DNA from: Thermoproteota archaeon
Lineage (GTDB): Archaea; Thermoproteota; Thermoprotei_A; EX4484-217-1; JAPDJV01
Assembly (NCBI GenBank): GCA_029258925.1
Contig: JAPDJV010000003.1
Location: 22,895-86,894, forward strand
Length of the DNA stretch: 64,000 nucleotides
Direction: 5' to 3'
The first letter of the stretch is position 1. Every line of letters begins with the position of its first letter. Shown one piece after another: positions 49,633-59,278 of this stretch. Under the pieces are notes generated by a model. That model was given only the letters and a program-made list of their open reading frames with translations, had not been told where the DNA came from and did no database searches. The position numbers and the translations under genes were made by a program.

Positions 49633-50197
49633 CATGTTTTACTCACATTGGATTTCACACCAGATTCCGCAGGTCATAAAGATTATTGTGTGCACCCATA
49701 GTTCTCAAAAGACCCGAGACTTAAACATATGTTAAGTATTCATTATAGTGAATCTGTTTGCCATTTTACTACATATTAAGGTATGCCCTACCTAAGAGCT
49801 CAAGGAGTTCTATAAGTGATTAAGGAGTGGGAGCTTCTATTCTGATAATCTGGGCCTACAGTACTTAATGAGGCAAAGGCATGTACTAGGAGGCAAGGAG
49901 GCAATCCTCTACGAGAAGCTTATATTACCATATATAGTCTGCAGGAGTGTCACGTGGAGAGAGATAGGGACAGAGGGCAGCTGGATCCATAGCCTCCTCA
50001 AACCAGTTAGATCATCGAGATAAAATGGTAGGCCTTGAACTACAATTCCCTCCATCATTTTTATCCAGCTATTAAGCCTGTTCAGGCTTAACGCAAATAC
50101 TTAATATTCGCTGTAGCCCGAACTTTATCAAAGCTCCCGAGCACGATACCCGTTTTTAAGTTAGAAGGCATTAAGTCAATGCGTTGGAGGATGGTAT

Positions 50198-50968
50198 ATG
50201 AGTGGCAGGTGTGGTCCAGTATTTACTCCGAGAGACTGGATTCTCTACGAGTCTAAACGTAAAGGTATTAGTGAGGTCGATGTTGGAGAAATAATAGTTA
50301 TCACACCAATAGAGTCAATACATAGAAAATTAATCGAGTATTTCGGGGCGAAGGAGTGGGAGAAGTGGATTTATCCTCCTGGCGAGAAGTGGAGTATTCA
50401 CCGCCGTACTCTGAACGGTGTGGGAGTATCTTTTATGAGGATAGGGGTTGGGGCGGGCGAGGCCGGCGTATTGGAGGAGGTTCTGGTTTTAGGCGTTAAG
50501 CAAGTTGTTTTCGCCGGGATAGGGGGTGGTCTAGGAGTTGAGATCGGGGACATCGTAGTCCCCTATGGAGCCATATGTGAGGACGGGTTGTCCCAGCACT
50601 ATATTCCCCTAGGCATACCAGTTGAGGCTTCTAGGAGGCTTGTTGAGGCGATGGTGAACGCCTCTAGGAGCAGGGGGCTGAAGGTGCATGTGGGTAGAGT
50701 GTGGACAACTACAGCACCCTATAGGGAACACTTCTGGAAGGCGGAGGAATATTATTCTAGGTGGGAGTGTAGGGCTGTTGAAATGGAGGTTGCCGCAGTA
50801 TATGCTCTCTCAACATATTATAATGTGAGCTCGGTGGCGCTGCTAGTAATATCAGATCTCATATATCCACACCACGAATTCGGTTTTCACAGTAAAGTTT
50901 ACGAGAATTCCCTGAAACAGGTTCCAGCAATAATTGGAGAGTATTTGAAGAGGGTGCTAAGCACTTAA
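50198..50968 (+). CDS. Nucleoside phosphorylase (PNP/UDP family)
   Basis: GIGGG, GDIVVP, VWTT.A.YRE, VEMEVAA, ISD. Confidence 0.87.
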   Translation: MSGRCGPVFTPRDWILYESKRKGISEVDVGEIIVITPIESIHRKLIEYFGAKEWEKWIYPPGEKWSIHRRTLNGVGVSFMRIGVGAGEAGVLEEVLVLGVKQVVFAGIGGGLGVEIGDIVVPYGAICEDGLSQHYIPLGIPVEASRRLVEAMVNASRSRGLKVHVGRVWTTTAPYREHFWKAEEYYSRWECRAVEMEVAAVYALSTYYNVSSVALLVISDLIYPHHEFGFHSKVYENSLKQVPAIIGEYLKRVLST

Positions 50969-51082
50969 CAACTCTATGCAACATAATTTTTCAGCCCGAG
51001 CACCGCATTTAGGATTAAATAGTTGTTTGAGAGCGTATAGTTGCGTAACTATGATGTTGAGGAAATGTCGAATCATTAATGT

Positions 51083-52420
51083 TTAGGATGCTGTGCGATG
51101 TATTTCGTAGGCAACAATGTGTTCTCCTTTGAAAACTATTCTTCCTCTGAAGGGAGGCATGCCTCTCCTAATCTCCCATATCAGTATGGGAGTGCTTTCT
51201 TCAGGTATGCCTCCATCACTCAGTTTCCCCGATACTCTAGGAGTCAGTGTTTCAACCCAGTACCTCAACTTCACGTCTGGGACAATAAACCACGTGTTAT
51301 CGGAGTACTCTGAAACAAGCTGTTTTAGCTCCCGGTACTCCTCAATACTTATGCTCGGTCTAGCTGCCTCAAGTTGAAAAACGTATTGCGGTATTATTGC
51401 TCCTATCACTACCAGGGCTAGTGCAACCTTCAATCTCCTATCCCCTATGTTACCGACAAGTGTTCCCAAAATTATGGGGCATAGTGCTGCTGACATTAAG
51501 TTGAACCTCCAGAGAAAGCTTGCGGGAATTACTGGCATGTTTAATGCTATGAGCACTATTGATGATGATAGTAGGAGTGTTCTCCCCGATATTCTAAGCT
51601 TCGAGCAAGATATTAGACCAGCTAAACCTATTAAGAGGGGGTATGAGAGTTGAGCTAGTAGGATAGTGTGTTTTATTTCAGAGGAGGATTCACCTAGAAT
51701 CATCATTCTTATCAGCGATACACCCTTATACGGGTCGCCTCCCACAATGCTCGCATAAGCGAATCCAAGCGCCAAGAGAACTATCGCCGACAATGCTTGG
51801 GGGGCCACGAACTTTACGTCGCACTTCTTTAATGCCAGATAGGCGAATTCCAATAACGTGATTACCATAATCACTGCGAAGTCTAGCACATGTGTTAACC
51901 CTGTTACCACTACTAGGAGCGACGATAAGACTGAGAACAGCAGTTTCCCGTATTTTACAGCCAAATATGTTAGTAGGAGTGAGAAGAGTAGGGGTGTTAT
52001 CCCCATGGCGTTCTTAATTAAGTCGTAGCTCATTCTAGCTAGATGAGGGGAATAGGCGTATAGTCCAGATGCAATAACTCCCCCAATCGGGTCCGTAATC
52101 TCCTCTACGATCAAGTATACAGCGTATCCTCCTATGAGGACTATGATAATGGATCCAATTTTTATCCCAGCCACAACGTCTCCAAGTAGGAGAGCAAATC
52201 CTACTAGAACATAGAATGCTAGAGGGGGATCAGAGTATTTGAGGTGTCCCGTTGACAATATGTTCGAGACTTGAACATAATAGTACGGGCCGTCGAAGCC
52301 TAAGAGTAGAGGTGTACTGAAATACTTTAACTCGTATAACACGAATCCCGATAAGAGGATTATTGTTGTTACTAGTAACCCTAGAAGCCTGCTATCCTTA
52401 AGCTTTACACTGAAATGCAT
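51083..52420 (-). CDS. Multi-TM GT-C-like (PMT/ArnT-like) membrane protein
   Basis: LGFDGPYYY first-loop acidic motif, DPPL, KN..G, LTH; 11+ TMs. Confidence 0.6.
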   Translation of the reverse strand: MHFSVKLKDSRLLGLLVTTIILLSGFVLYELKYFSTPLLLGFDGPYYYVQVSNILSTGHLKYSDPPLAFYVLVGFALLLGDVVAGIKIGSIIIVLIGGYAVYLIVEEITDPIGGVIASGLYAYSPHLARMSYDLIKNAMGITPLLFSLLLTYLAVKYGKLLFSVLSSLLVVVTGLTHVLDFAVIMVITLLEFAYLALKKCDVKFVAPQALSAIVLLALGFAYASIVGGDPYKGVSLIRMMILGESSSEIKHTILLAQLSYPLLIGLAGLISCSKLRISGRTLLLSSSIVLIALNMPVIPASFLWRFNLMSAALCPIILGTLVGNIGDRRLKVALALVVIGAIIPQYVFQLEAARPSISIEEYRELKQLVSEYSDNTWFIVPDVKLRYWVETLTPRVSGKLSDGGIPEESTPILIWEIRRGMPPFRGRIVFKGEHIVAYEIHRTAS

Positions 52421-52866
52421 TCTTGCCCCCTCTAGAAGACCCGGATAATCTTATATTTATACGAAATGGTTGAAATATATGTATCCTCCTACGGTCTAGT
52501 CTATGTGCATCCACATATTCCTCAAGAACTCTGGGTTATCATTGTTGACCGTGTAAACTAGACGATTTTGGAACCATCGAGCTTATGGAGTACTTTGAAG
52601 AGAATTATGTTGATTAAAAATTTATGGAGATAAATACGCGTAAGTTTCCATTAATGATGCTCTGAGGTGGAAAACAGCGCCTCTTTTAATTCTGAAGACC
52701 CTAAATATTCCATCAACTTTGCAATCCAATATTTGGCCCATGGAGGTTACTTCAACGAAACTTCTCCATCTTAAAATATCGTGACTGCAAACATTAATTC
52801 GTTAAAATCGAATTTAAAATGGCTTGTAGCAGTAGATGTCAAGCATTTTCGGAGATTTTCATTAAA

Positions 52867-54114
52867 TCAACGCTTTCCTCGAATGCCTACATCCTCGGAT
52901 CTCCCTCTCACGATGTCAAGTAGCTTCTTATATGGTAACACTGGCCTCCCCCGCCTAACAGTATAATATATGATTGGTGCCTTAACTTTTCTAAGATACG
53001 GTTTGAGCTTTTCGTCTGCTAAAACTATTATGTTCTTCCCCAGCTTGGCTACTTCGCTAAGCTTGTACGCCTTTTTCTCAGCATACTCTTTCCTCCAGTA
53101 TCCGGCGACTTCGATGTAGAATTCTCTGCCACGGTGAACTATTTTGAAGTCAGGTATGTAGATTAGGTCTCCCAGAGCTATGGGCTCCGGCTCTCTGATA
53201 GCTTCTAACCCTAACGCTTTCAGCGTCCAGTAGATTCTCTCCTCGACTTCGCTGTCGAACGCTGGCTGAACTCCCAGTTTTCTCGGAGGACTTATAGAGG
53301 GCATTCGCCGGCTTGAGAGAACTCTTATTGTCAGCGTTCTTCTAGTGAAGTGTGTTCTAGAAGTTACTCTCCAGTTCCCTGCTTCAACTAGTATTGGAAG
53401 CATTCTTGTGAGCAGTAGTGTCAGTCTTAGACCATACCTTGTCGGCTTCCCGAATAGGCTTCTAGGTCCCTCAACTAATGTTTTCATCCAGTTTCCTCCA
53501 GCTCTAGCATCGTATACTAGGCCTAAGTGCTTACATGTTCTACCCAGAACCTTGGCTATTTTGGCCAGGATCCCTGGCTGCCCCTCAACTTCTATTTTGA
53601 GGGATGAAGAGTTGATGCATATCGTGTCAACTGTCTCGAAATTATATGCTTCAACAACATCTCTAACACTAGGCTTGAATATTCTCTTGAGAGGTTTCTC
53701 GTATTCCATGTCCTGCCATAACACTTCCTCCAAGTCTTCGACTCCCAGCAATTCCTCTAAGTACTTCAATGCCTTTCTTCTCTCACCGCTTGGAACGAAT
53801 CCACCGTAGAGCTCGTTCACGAGTTTGAAAACTCTTAGTCTCAGAACTTTAGGGTTAACTGTTTGCCTTAAGCTCTCCATTTCAGGCCTATAATATCTCT
53901 CCATAACCTTCCTCAATCCCTTATAGAGTTTGTCACATCCTACAATCAATTTCAGCTCGTCCCAATCTATTTCGCCAAACTTTTTCCCAACATTTTCCTC
54001 GTAGAAGCCTATGACTGCTTCAACTAGTAGCCTATGCTTTGATTCATCTAAGTATTCTGGGAATGCTATGCCTCTCCTAAACTTTAGCCTCAGATTGCTC
54101 CTACCATAGGTCAA
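52867..54114 (-). CDS. bax1: Bax1 (DUF790) endonuclease, partner of XPB
   Basis: AYN, GP.SLF..TRYG, FDSEVEE, PDF..IEVAGYW..Y..KK; 2 bp downstream of xpb. Confidence 0.88.
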   Translation of the reverse strand: MTYGRSNLRLKFRRGIAFPEYLDESKHRLLVEAVIGFYEENVGKKFGEIDWDELKLIVGCDKLYKGLRKVMERYYRPEMESLRQTVNPKVLRLRVFKLVNELYGGFVPSGERRKALKYLEELLGVEDLEEVLWQDMEYEKPLKRIFKPSVRDVVEAYNFETVDTICINSSSLKIEVEGQPGILAKIAKVLGRTCKHLGLVYDARAGGNWMKTLVEGPRSLFGKPTRYGLRLTLLLTRMLPILVEAGNWRVTSRTHFTRRTLTIRVLSSRRMPSISPPRKLGVQPAFDSEVEERIYWTLKALGLEAIREPEPIALGDLIYIPDFKIVHRGREFYIEVAGYWRKEYAEKKAYKLSEVAKLGKNIIVLADEKLKPYLRKVKAPIIYYTVRRGRPVLPYKKLLDIVRGRSEDVGIRGKR

Positions 54115-54116
54115 CT

Positions 54117-55754
54117 CTAGTCCTCCTCGAATAGCTCCGGCTTCCTCCTACGCTTGGCTAGGGAGGGCTCTATAGTTCTCTTAGTGATTATCTCGTAGAG
54201 CAATGCTTTCTTCTCCTTCGGCCTAAGTATTCTGCCAAGTCTCTGAACGTATTCTCTATAGCTCCCGGTTCCGCTGACAACTATTGCCATCGAGGCATCT
54301 GGCACGTCTACTCCTTCATCTAACACCATTGCTGTAGCAATAATCCTTACATCGCCTTTCCTGAACAATTCAAGATACTTCTTCCTCTCGTCTCTGGGAG
54401 TATCGTGAAGTATCATGGGTACTAGTAGTTTTCTCGAGATCTCTCTGACTATGTCGGTGTACCTTGAGAAAACAATCACTTTCTCCCCCGGATGTTTTTC
54501 CAGCAGTTCTTCCACGATCATTATCTTCTTGTCGGCGCTCAAAGCAATCTTCCTAGCACTATTTTTTGCTCTAAGAGCCTCTCTTGCCTCGGGATCTCTG
54601 GAAGCCATTGCCAGAACTCTCCTAAACCTCTCCCTAGGATCCTTTACGCCCCTAAGCTTCCTATTACAGTATTCCAGATACTTCTCGATCAGCCTCCTAT
54701 ACTCCTCGTATTCTTCTCGAGAAAGCTCTACGTATATCTTCTTTTCAACGTGTTTAGCTAGATAGCCCTCCTCCTGTAGTTCCACGTGTGATAGCGTGTA
54801 TACTATTCCACCTATTATCTTCTCGTAGTTTTTGTGTAGACCGTCGCTTCTGAAAGGTGTCGCGGTTAAGCCAAGCCTGTACGGTGCTGTTGATTCCTCT
54901 AGAGCTCTCATGTAGCTGGGGCTCACGGCGTGGTGGCATTCGTCGGCTATTATTAGGCCGAAGTATGTTGAGTACTTCCATAGATTTATGCTGGCTGAAT
55001 CGTACGTCATGATGGTTATCTCCCTAATCTCCCTCCTCCCACCACCGTAAACACCGATCGTATTGGGCGGGGGGTTAAGTGTTGAAACTATTTTGTCCCT
55101 CCACTGGTTTAAGAGTTCTATTGTTGGGACGAGTATCAGTGTTTTCACTTTCAAGTATTCTATACACTTCAATCCCACGAGGGTTTTCCCGGCTCCAGTC
55201 GGTAAAACAATTATCCCTCTGAATCCTGCTTCAACCCACTTCTCGAACGCCTCTCTCTGGTATTTCCTCAGCTCCAATTTGAGAATTGGATTATAGGTTA
55301 GAGCATAGTTTACCGTGAACTCTAGTTTAATCCTCGAACCAGCCTTCCCCGCGCACCCAATTATTTCATGTAGCATCATGGGTTTTGCTCTAAGAGTCCC
55401 ACTCCTACTATCCCAGACAGCAATCCCCCTCTCCTCTAGGACTCTCCTTAACCTCCTGTTCGCAGAATACACTACTAGATCGGATCCTTCCGAGACCAGT
55501 AGTGTATCAACATTCTCTCCTTCAAGCTCCCCGATTTTCTCCTTGACGTTTTCAGGCAAGTATACTCCTAGCTTGCCCAGGATTTCAATAGTCCTATCTA
55601 ACCCTATTGATGCCGCCTTAGCTGGGTTAAGTCTGTAAACGTTTAAGCCTGCATCCTTATCGTATCCAATATAGTCCGCTACGAGCCCTAGTTTCTTGTA
55701 GTCTAGTGCACTCAACCATTTAACTCTGAAAGTTAGCATTGCCACCACATTCAA
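54117..55754 (-). CDS. xpb: XPB/Rad25-family SF2 DNA helicase
   Basis: LRKYQ, LPTGAGKT, DECHH, LGLTAT, DEGVDVPD, QRLGRILR. Confidence 0.92.
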   Translation of the reverse strand: MNVVAMLTFRVKWLSALDYKKLGLVADYIGYDKDAGLNVYRLNPAKAASIGLDRTIEILGKLGVYLPENVKEKIGELEGENVDTLLVSEGSDLVVYSANRRLRRVLEERGIAVWDSRSGTLRAKPMMLHEIIGCAGKAGSRIKLEFTVNYALTYNPILKLELRKYQREAFEKWVEAGFRGIIVLPTGAGKTLVGLKCIEYLKVKTLILVPTIELLNQWRDKIVSTLNPPPNTIGVYGGGRREIREITIMTYDSASINLWKYSTYFGLIIADECHHAVSPSYMRALEESTAPYRLGLTATPFRSDGLHKNYEKIIGGIVYTLSHVELQEEGYLAKHVEKKIYVELSREEYEEYRRLIEKYLEYCNRKLRGVKDPRERFRRVLAMASRDPEAREALRAKNSARKIALSADKKIMIVEELLEKHPGEKVIVFSRYTDIVREISRKLLVPMILHDTPRDERKKYLELFRKGDVRIIATAMVLDEGVDVPDASMAIVVSGTGSYREYVQRLGRILRPKEKKALLYEIITKRTIEPSLAKRRRKPELFEED

Positions 55755-56108
55755 TAATATCCTATATATTGAGCTTTATTTAACCTCCTTTGCCTAGTTT
55801 CTCCACTAGACACTTGAGTAAAGAAGAATACCCCATTCTTAACTTAGCCGTTATCGAGACAGTTAATACCTGATGGGAATTCACGCATGTGTCAAAACGT
55901 TTAAGCGAGAATAATTATCGAGAGAGTCGAGAAGAGTGTGGAGTCCATAACTATGTCTTACTCGAGAATCCAGCTTCTTGAAACCTACTAGAGGCGACTA
56001 AAATTGTTGTTGCTCAAATATACAAGAACACAGTGTCCAGCTACAAAAATATTGTAAGCAGTATTTTAATGGAGGATGAACTTCCATACTAAATGTTTAC
56101 ATAGTTTC

Positions 56109-56915
56109 CTATGTTCTACGGGATTCCTCCTTCCTCCTTAAGAACACTATCTCGCAGTGCGGGTCTCCCCTCGCTATGCATGCTGTCTCTATTGCAACTA
56201 TGGGTGAGATGCCGAATAATTCCTCCACTACTCCAACCATCAGTCCCCTCGTAAAGAACGATGAAGGTTTCCCGCTGCCCTTGCTTAACTCGCATTCAAA
56301 CGATTTCTCCACTCTAACAATTAATCGAAATGGACTAATGTTCTCGTACGTCGCTTCCGCTACGCCGAAGCCTGTGATCTGGAATAATGGCATGAATATT
56401 TTCCTAAATATTTCTCTAGGACCGTGGACTCCAAGTTTCTTCCCAATGATCTTCAATCCAACTCCGAAGCTCTTACCCAATTCTAATCCTAGATTGTACA
56501 GGATTGCCATTGCAGCCCCCTCCCCTATACGATCCTTTAAGCCCTTTATGAGTCCCTTGAAGTCTGTATCAGTAAACATTATCACTCTGTGTGCTCCAGG
56601 TATTTGCGGAACACCCTTCAAGTCTGCTATCATGCCGGCAGCAATGGGTTTAATGGGTTCGACGTGTGCATCCTTAAAAGCTCTCGACACCTCCCCCACA
56701 ATCCTCCCGGGATCCCCTTTTGAATCCGTTAAATCCAGGAATACGACGGTCCTGCACCTTCCACCCCTAATTGAAGATAATACGTGTAAGACTTCTACAT
56801 TCATTTCCCCAAGTATAGGCATCAGGTTTCCTAAAACCTTCACTAATGGCTCCTCTGACTCGATGGATATACCGTAGAGTACTCTGCTGGGAGCATAGAT
56901 GAAGGAGGGCTGCAA
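56109..56915 (-). CDS. ACT-like + V4R domain protein (paralog of 30806-31612)
   Basis: SFEC...FFTRGLMVG...IETACIARGDPHCE; start reassigned to TTG 56915 (GAGGAG RBS), giving a length matching the paralog. Confidence 0.8.
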   Translation of the reverse strand: MQPSFIYAPSRVLYGISIESEEPLVKVLGNLMPILGEMNVEVLHVLSSIRGGRCRTVVFLDLTDSKGDPGRIVGEVSRAFKDAHVEPIKPIAAGMIADLKGVPQIPGAHRVIMFTDTDFKGLIKGLKDRIGEGAAMAILYNLGLELGKSFGVGLKIIGKKLGVHGPREIFRKIFMPLFQITGFGVAEATYENISPFRLIVRVEKSFECELSKGSGKPSSFFTRGLMVGVVEELFGISPIVAIETACIARGDPHCEIVFLRRKEESRRT

Positions 56916-57263
56916 TACCTTCTCCTCAAATCCAGTTACTCGATTAACATTGTTGGAAAAACTTTGATTTAAGCATTTAGCTGAGTTTCGGAGACATAAC
57001 ACTCCACGAATTCTCCAATAACATGGAGGCATGTTCGCGGACTCCATGAAGACGACATAGTTTCCTCTCAACATATAGTTCAACCTTGCCTCAAGATCTA
57101 ACAACAACCAGGCTCTATCCACGCTACAGATGCCCTGCTTAGCTAGGAGTTTGGAACTCCATGGGCTCACTTAGCTGAAGTTTTCGAGACGAACGTGATA
57201 AATTATAATATCTAGTGGTTTCGGTAGTGAACTAGGCAGTGCATTGAATTGGAGGAGTCCTCG

Positions 57264-58982
57264 ATGGTTGAAGTTAGGCTTAGAGGCAAACCTGCTTCAC
57301 CCGGTGTAGGCGTTGCACCATCAATTCTAATAGTGCACAGGTTGCCGGGGGAGGCTGTGGTAGAAGATCCTCTCAAAGCTTTCAGAGAGGCTGTTGCAGA
57401 GGAGGGGAAGTGGATTGGGGGTGTTGTCGAGAGGCTTTGGGCCGAGGGGAGGGAGGATGAGGCACTGATATTGGAGGCCCAACTACTAATACTTGATGAC
57501 CCTAATTTCACGGGCTTAGTTGAGAAACTTATTGGGGAAGGGTTGAGCCTGGCTGATGCTGTTAAGAAAACCGTCAACGAGGTTGCGGAACTCTTCGGGA
57601 AAACAGCTTACATGAAAGCTAGGAGAAGCGATTTAATGGATCTAGCGAACAGGATAATAGCTAGGGTGCACGGTGCAACTGTTCCAGACTTGAAGAATAT
57701 TAGTAGAATGGTTGTAGTAGTGGCAGACGAACTCTACCCAAGTGAAACGGCTGAGATGAGGAAGGAGCTTGTCGCTGGAATAGCTACTGAGAGAGGTGGT
57801 GTAACCGCTCACGCAGCAATTATTGCCAGAAACTACGGTATACCAGCGGTAGTGGGTGTGGAAAGCCTTCTCGAACACGTTAAGGGTGGTGAACTAGTCG
57901 TAGTCGACGGGGTTGATGGCACTATAATAGTTAACCCTAAGCCTGAGACTGTTGAGAAAGCTTTGAGTAAGGGGAGGAGGATTAGGGAATTATACGAGAA
58001 GTTCTCTAAGGTGGAAGCATATGCTGCTGACGGTATTAGAGTCCATGTTGAAGCAAACATTGGCTCACCCGACGAGCTCGAGCTAGCAGTATTCTTTAAA
58101 TCCGATGGCGTAGGCCTTCTTAGAACGGAGTTCCTCTTCATTGGGAGAGACAGTCCTCCAAGCGAGGAGGAACAATATAGTATTTACAGGGAGCTTGCTT
58201 CCAGGATTTCACCCAAACCCCTGATCATAAGACTCTTAGATGTTGGCGGAGACAAGCCCCTACCATACGTCAAGTTTCGCAGAGAAGAGAACCCCTTCCT
58301 AGGGTTAAGGGGTATTAGATTATTGTTTAAGGAGAGATCTCTGCTTGAAACACAGGTTAGAGCAGTGCTCAGAGCAGCTGTTCACGGGAATATTTGGATT
58401 ATGGCTCCAATGATTTCAACGATAAGTGAAATAGTGGAGTTCAGGAAAGTTGTTGAAGAAGAGGCTTCCAGACTTGAAAGCAGAGGCATCCCTGTAGGTA
58501 GACCTAGAATAGGTGTAATGGTTGAAGTACCTTCAATAGCTCTGCAAGCAGATGCTGCAGCAGAACACGTGGACTTCTTCAGCATCGGCACAAACGATCT
58601 GACACAGTACACTCTTGCAGCAGACAGAGTTAACGCAGATGTTGCACACATATACGACCATGCACATCCAAGTGTTCTAAGACTAGTGAAAATGGTTGTG
58701 GATGCTGCTGAAGCAAAGAACAGGATTGTCGGAGTGTGCGGTGAGGCTGGAAGCGACCCCGATGTTGCACCAATACTATTGGGGTTAGGAGTTAGAAGGC
58801 TCAGTGTTGCACCGAACCAGATACCGTTTGTCAGATACTTCGTTTCAAGGATGAAGATGTCCGAGGCATCGAGCATCGCCAACAAGGCGTTAAGCGCGGT
58901 GAGCCCTGTTGAAGTCAGGAACTACGGTAGGAGAATTATTGGTGAAAACGCTGTATTCGAGAGCAATGGGTTAATATTTTAA
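57264..58982 (+). CDS. ptsI: PEP-protein phosphotransferase (PTS Enzyme I)
   Basis: ASPG, GGVTAHAAI (phospho-His), GVGLLRTEF, IRLLDVGGDK, EENPFLG.RG, MVEVPS, SIGTNDLTQY, VCGE; ATG 57264 with GGAGG RBS. Confidence 0.95.
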   Translation: MVEVRLRGKPASPGVGVAPSILIVHRLPGEAVVEDPLKAFREAVAEEGKWIGGVVERLWAEGREDEALILEAQLLILDDPNFTGLVEKLIGEGLSLADAVKKTVNEVAELFGKTAYMKARRSDLMDLANRIIARVHGATVPDLKNISRMVVVVADELYPSETAEMRKELVAGIATERGGVTAHAAIIARNYGIPAVVGVESLLEHVKGGELVVVDGVDGTIIVNPKPETVEKALSKGRRIRELYEKFSKVEAYAADGIRVHVEANIGSPDELELAVFFKSDGVGLLRTEFLFIGRDSPPSEEEQYSIYRELASRISPKPLIIRLLDVGGDKPLPYVKFRREENPFLGLRGIRLLFKERSLLETQVRAVLRAAVHGNIWIMAPMISTISEIVEFRKVVEEEASRLESRGIPVGRPRIGVMVEVPSIALQADAAAEHVDFFSIGTNDLTQYTLAADRVNADVAHIYDHAHPSVLRLVKMVVDAAEAKNRIVGVCGEAGSDPDVAPILLGLGVRRLSVAPNQIPFVRYFVSRMKMSEASSIANKALSAVSPVEVRNYGRRIIGENAVFESNGLIF

Positions 58983-59278
58983 ACATTTATTTTGGTGCTT
59001 AAGTCTTCAAGGGTTTCTCTAAGACTTTAAAAGTGGGCAGTGTTCCCCGAGAACTGCAATTAACCACTATAATTTCCTAGAATTCGCAGCACTGTAGCTC
59101 ATATTAGCATATGGCTAAGTGGACTAGTAGTGCTCGAGAAAACTTTCGGCCTTATTCTTTAAGCCGCAGATAATGGTTTGATAGTTGCCGAGAATTCTGA
59201 ATAGGAACAAAGGGCTCGGACTTGTTATCCCATAATGCTGTACTTTTTAAGCTCTGGCCGCGGGTTCTTGGAGTCAGC

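Noticed and set aside
49633-50197. About 560-bp ORF-free gap, possible decayed gene
   Set aside because: Only short broken frames, no recognisable family or RNA motif
52421-52866. About 450-bp gap with short minus-strand frames
   Set aside because: No convincing ORF, repeat or sRNA boxes
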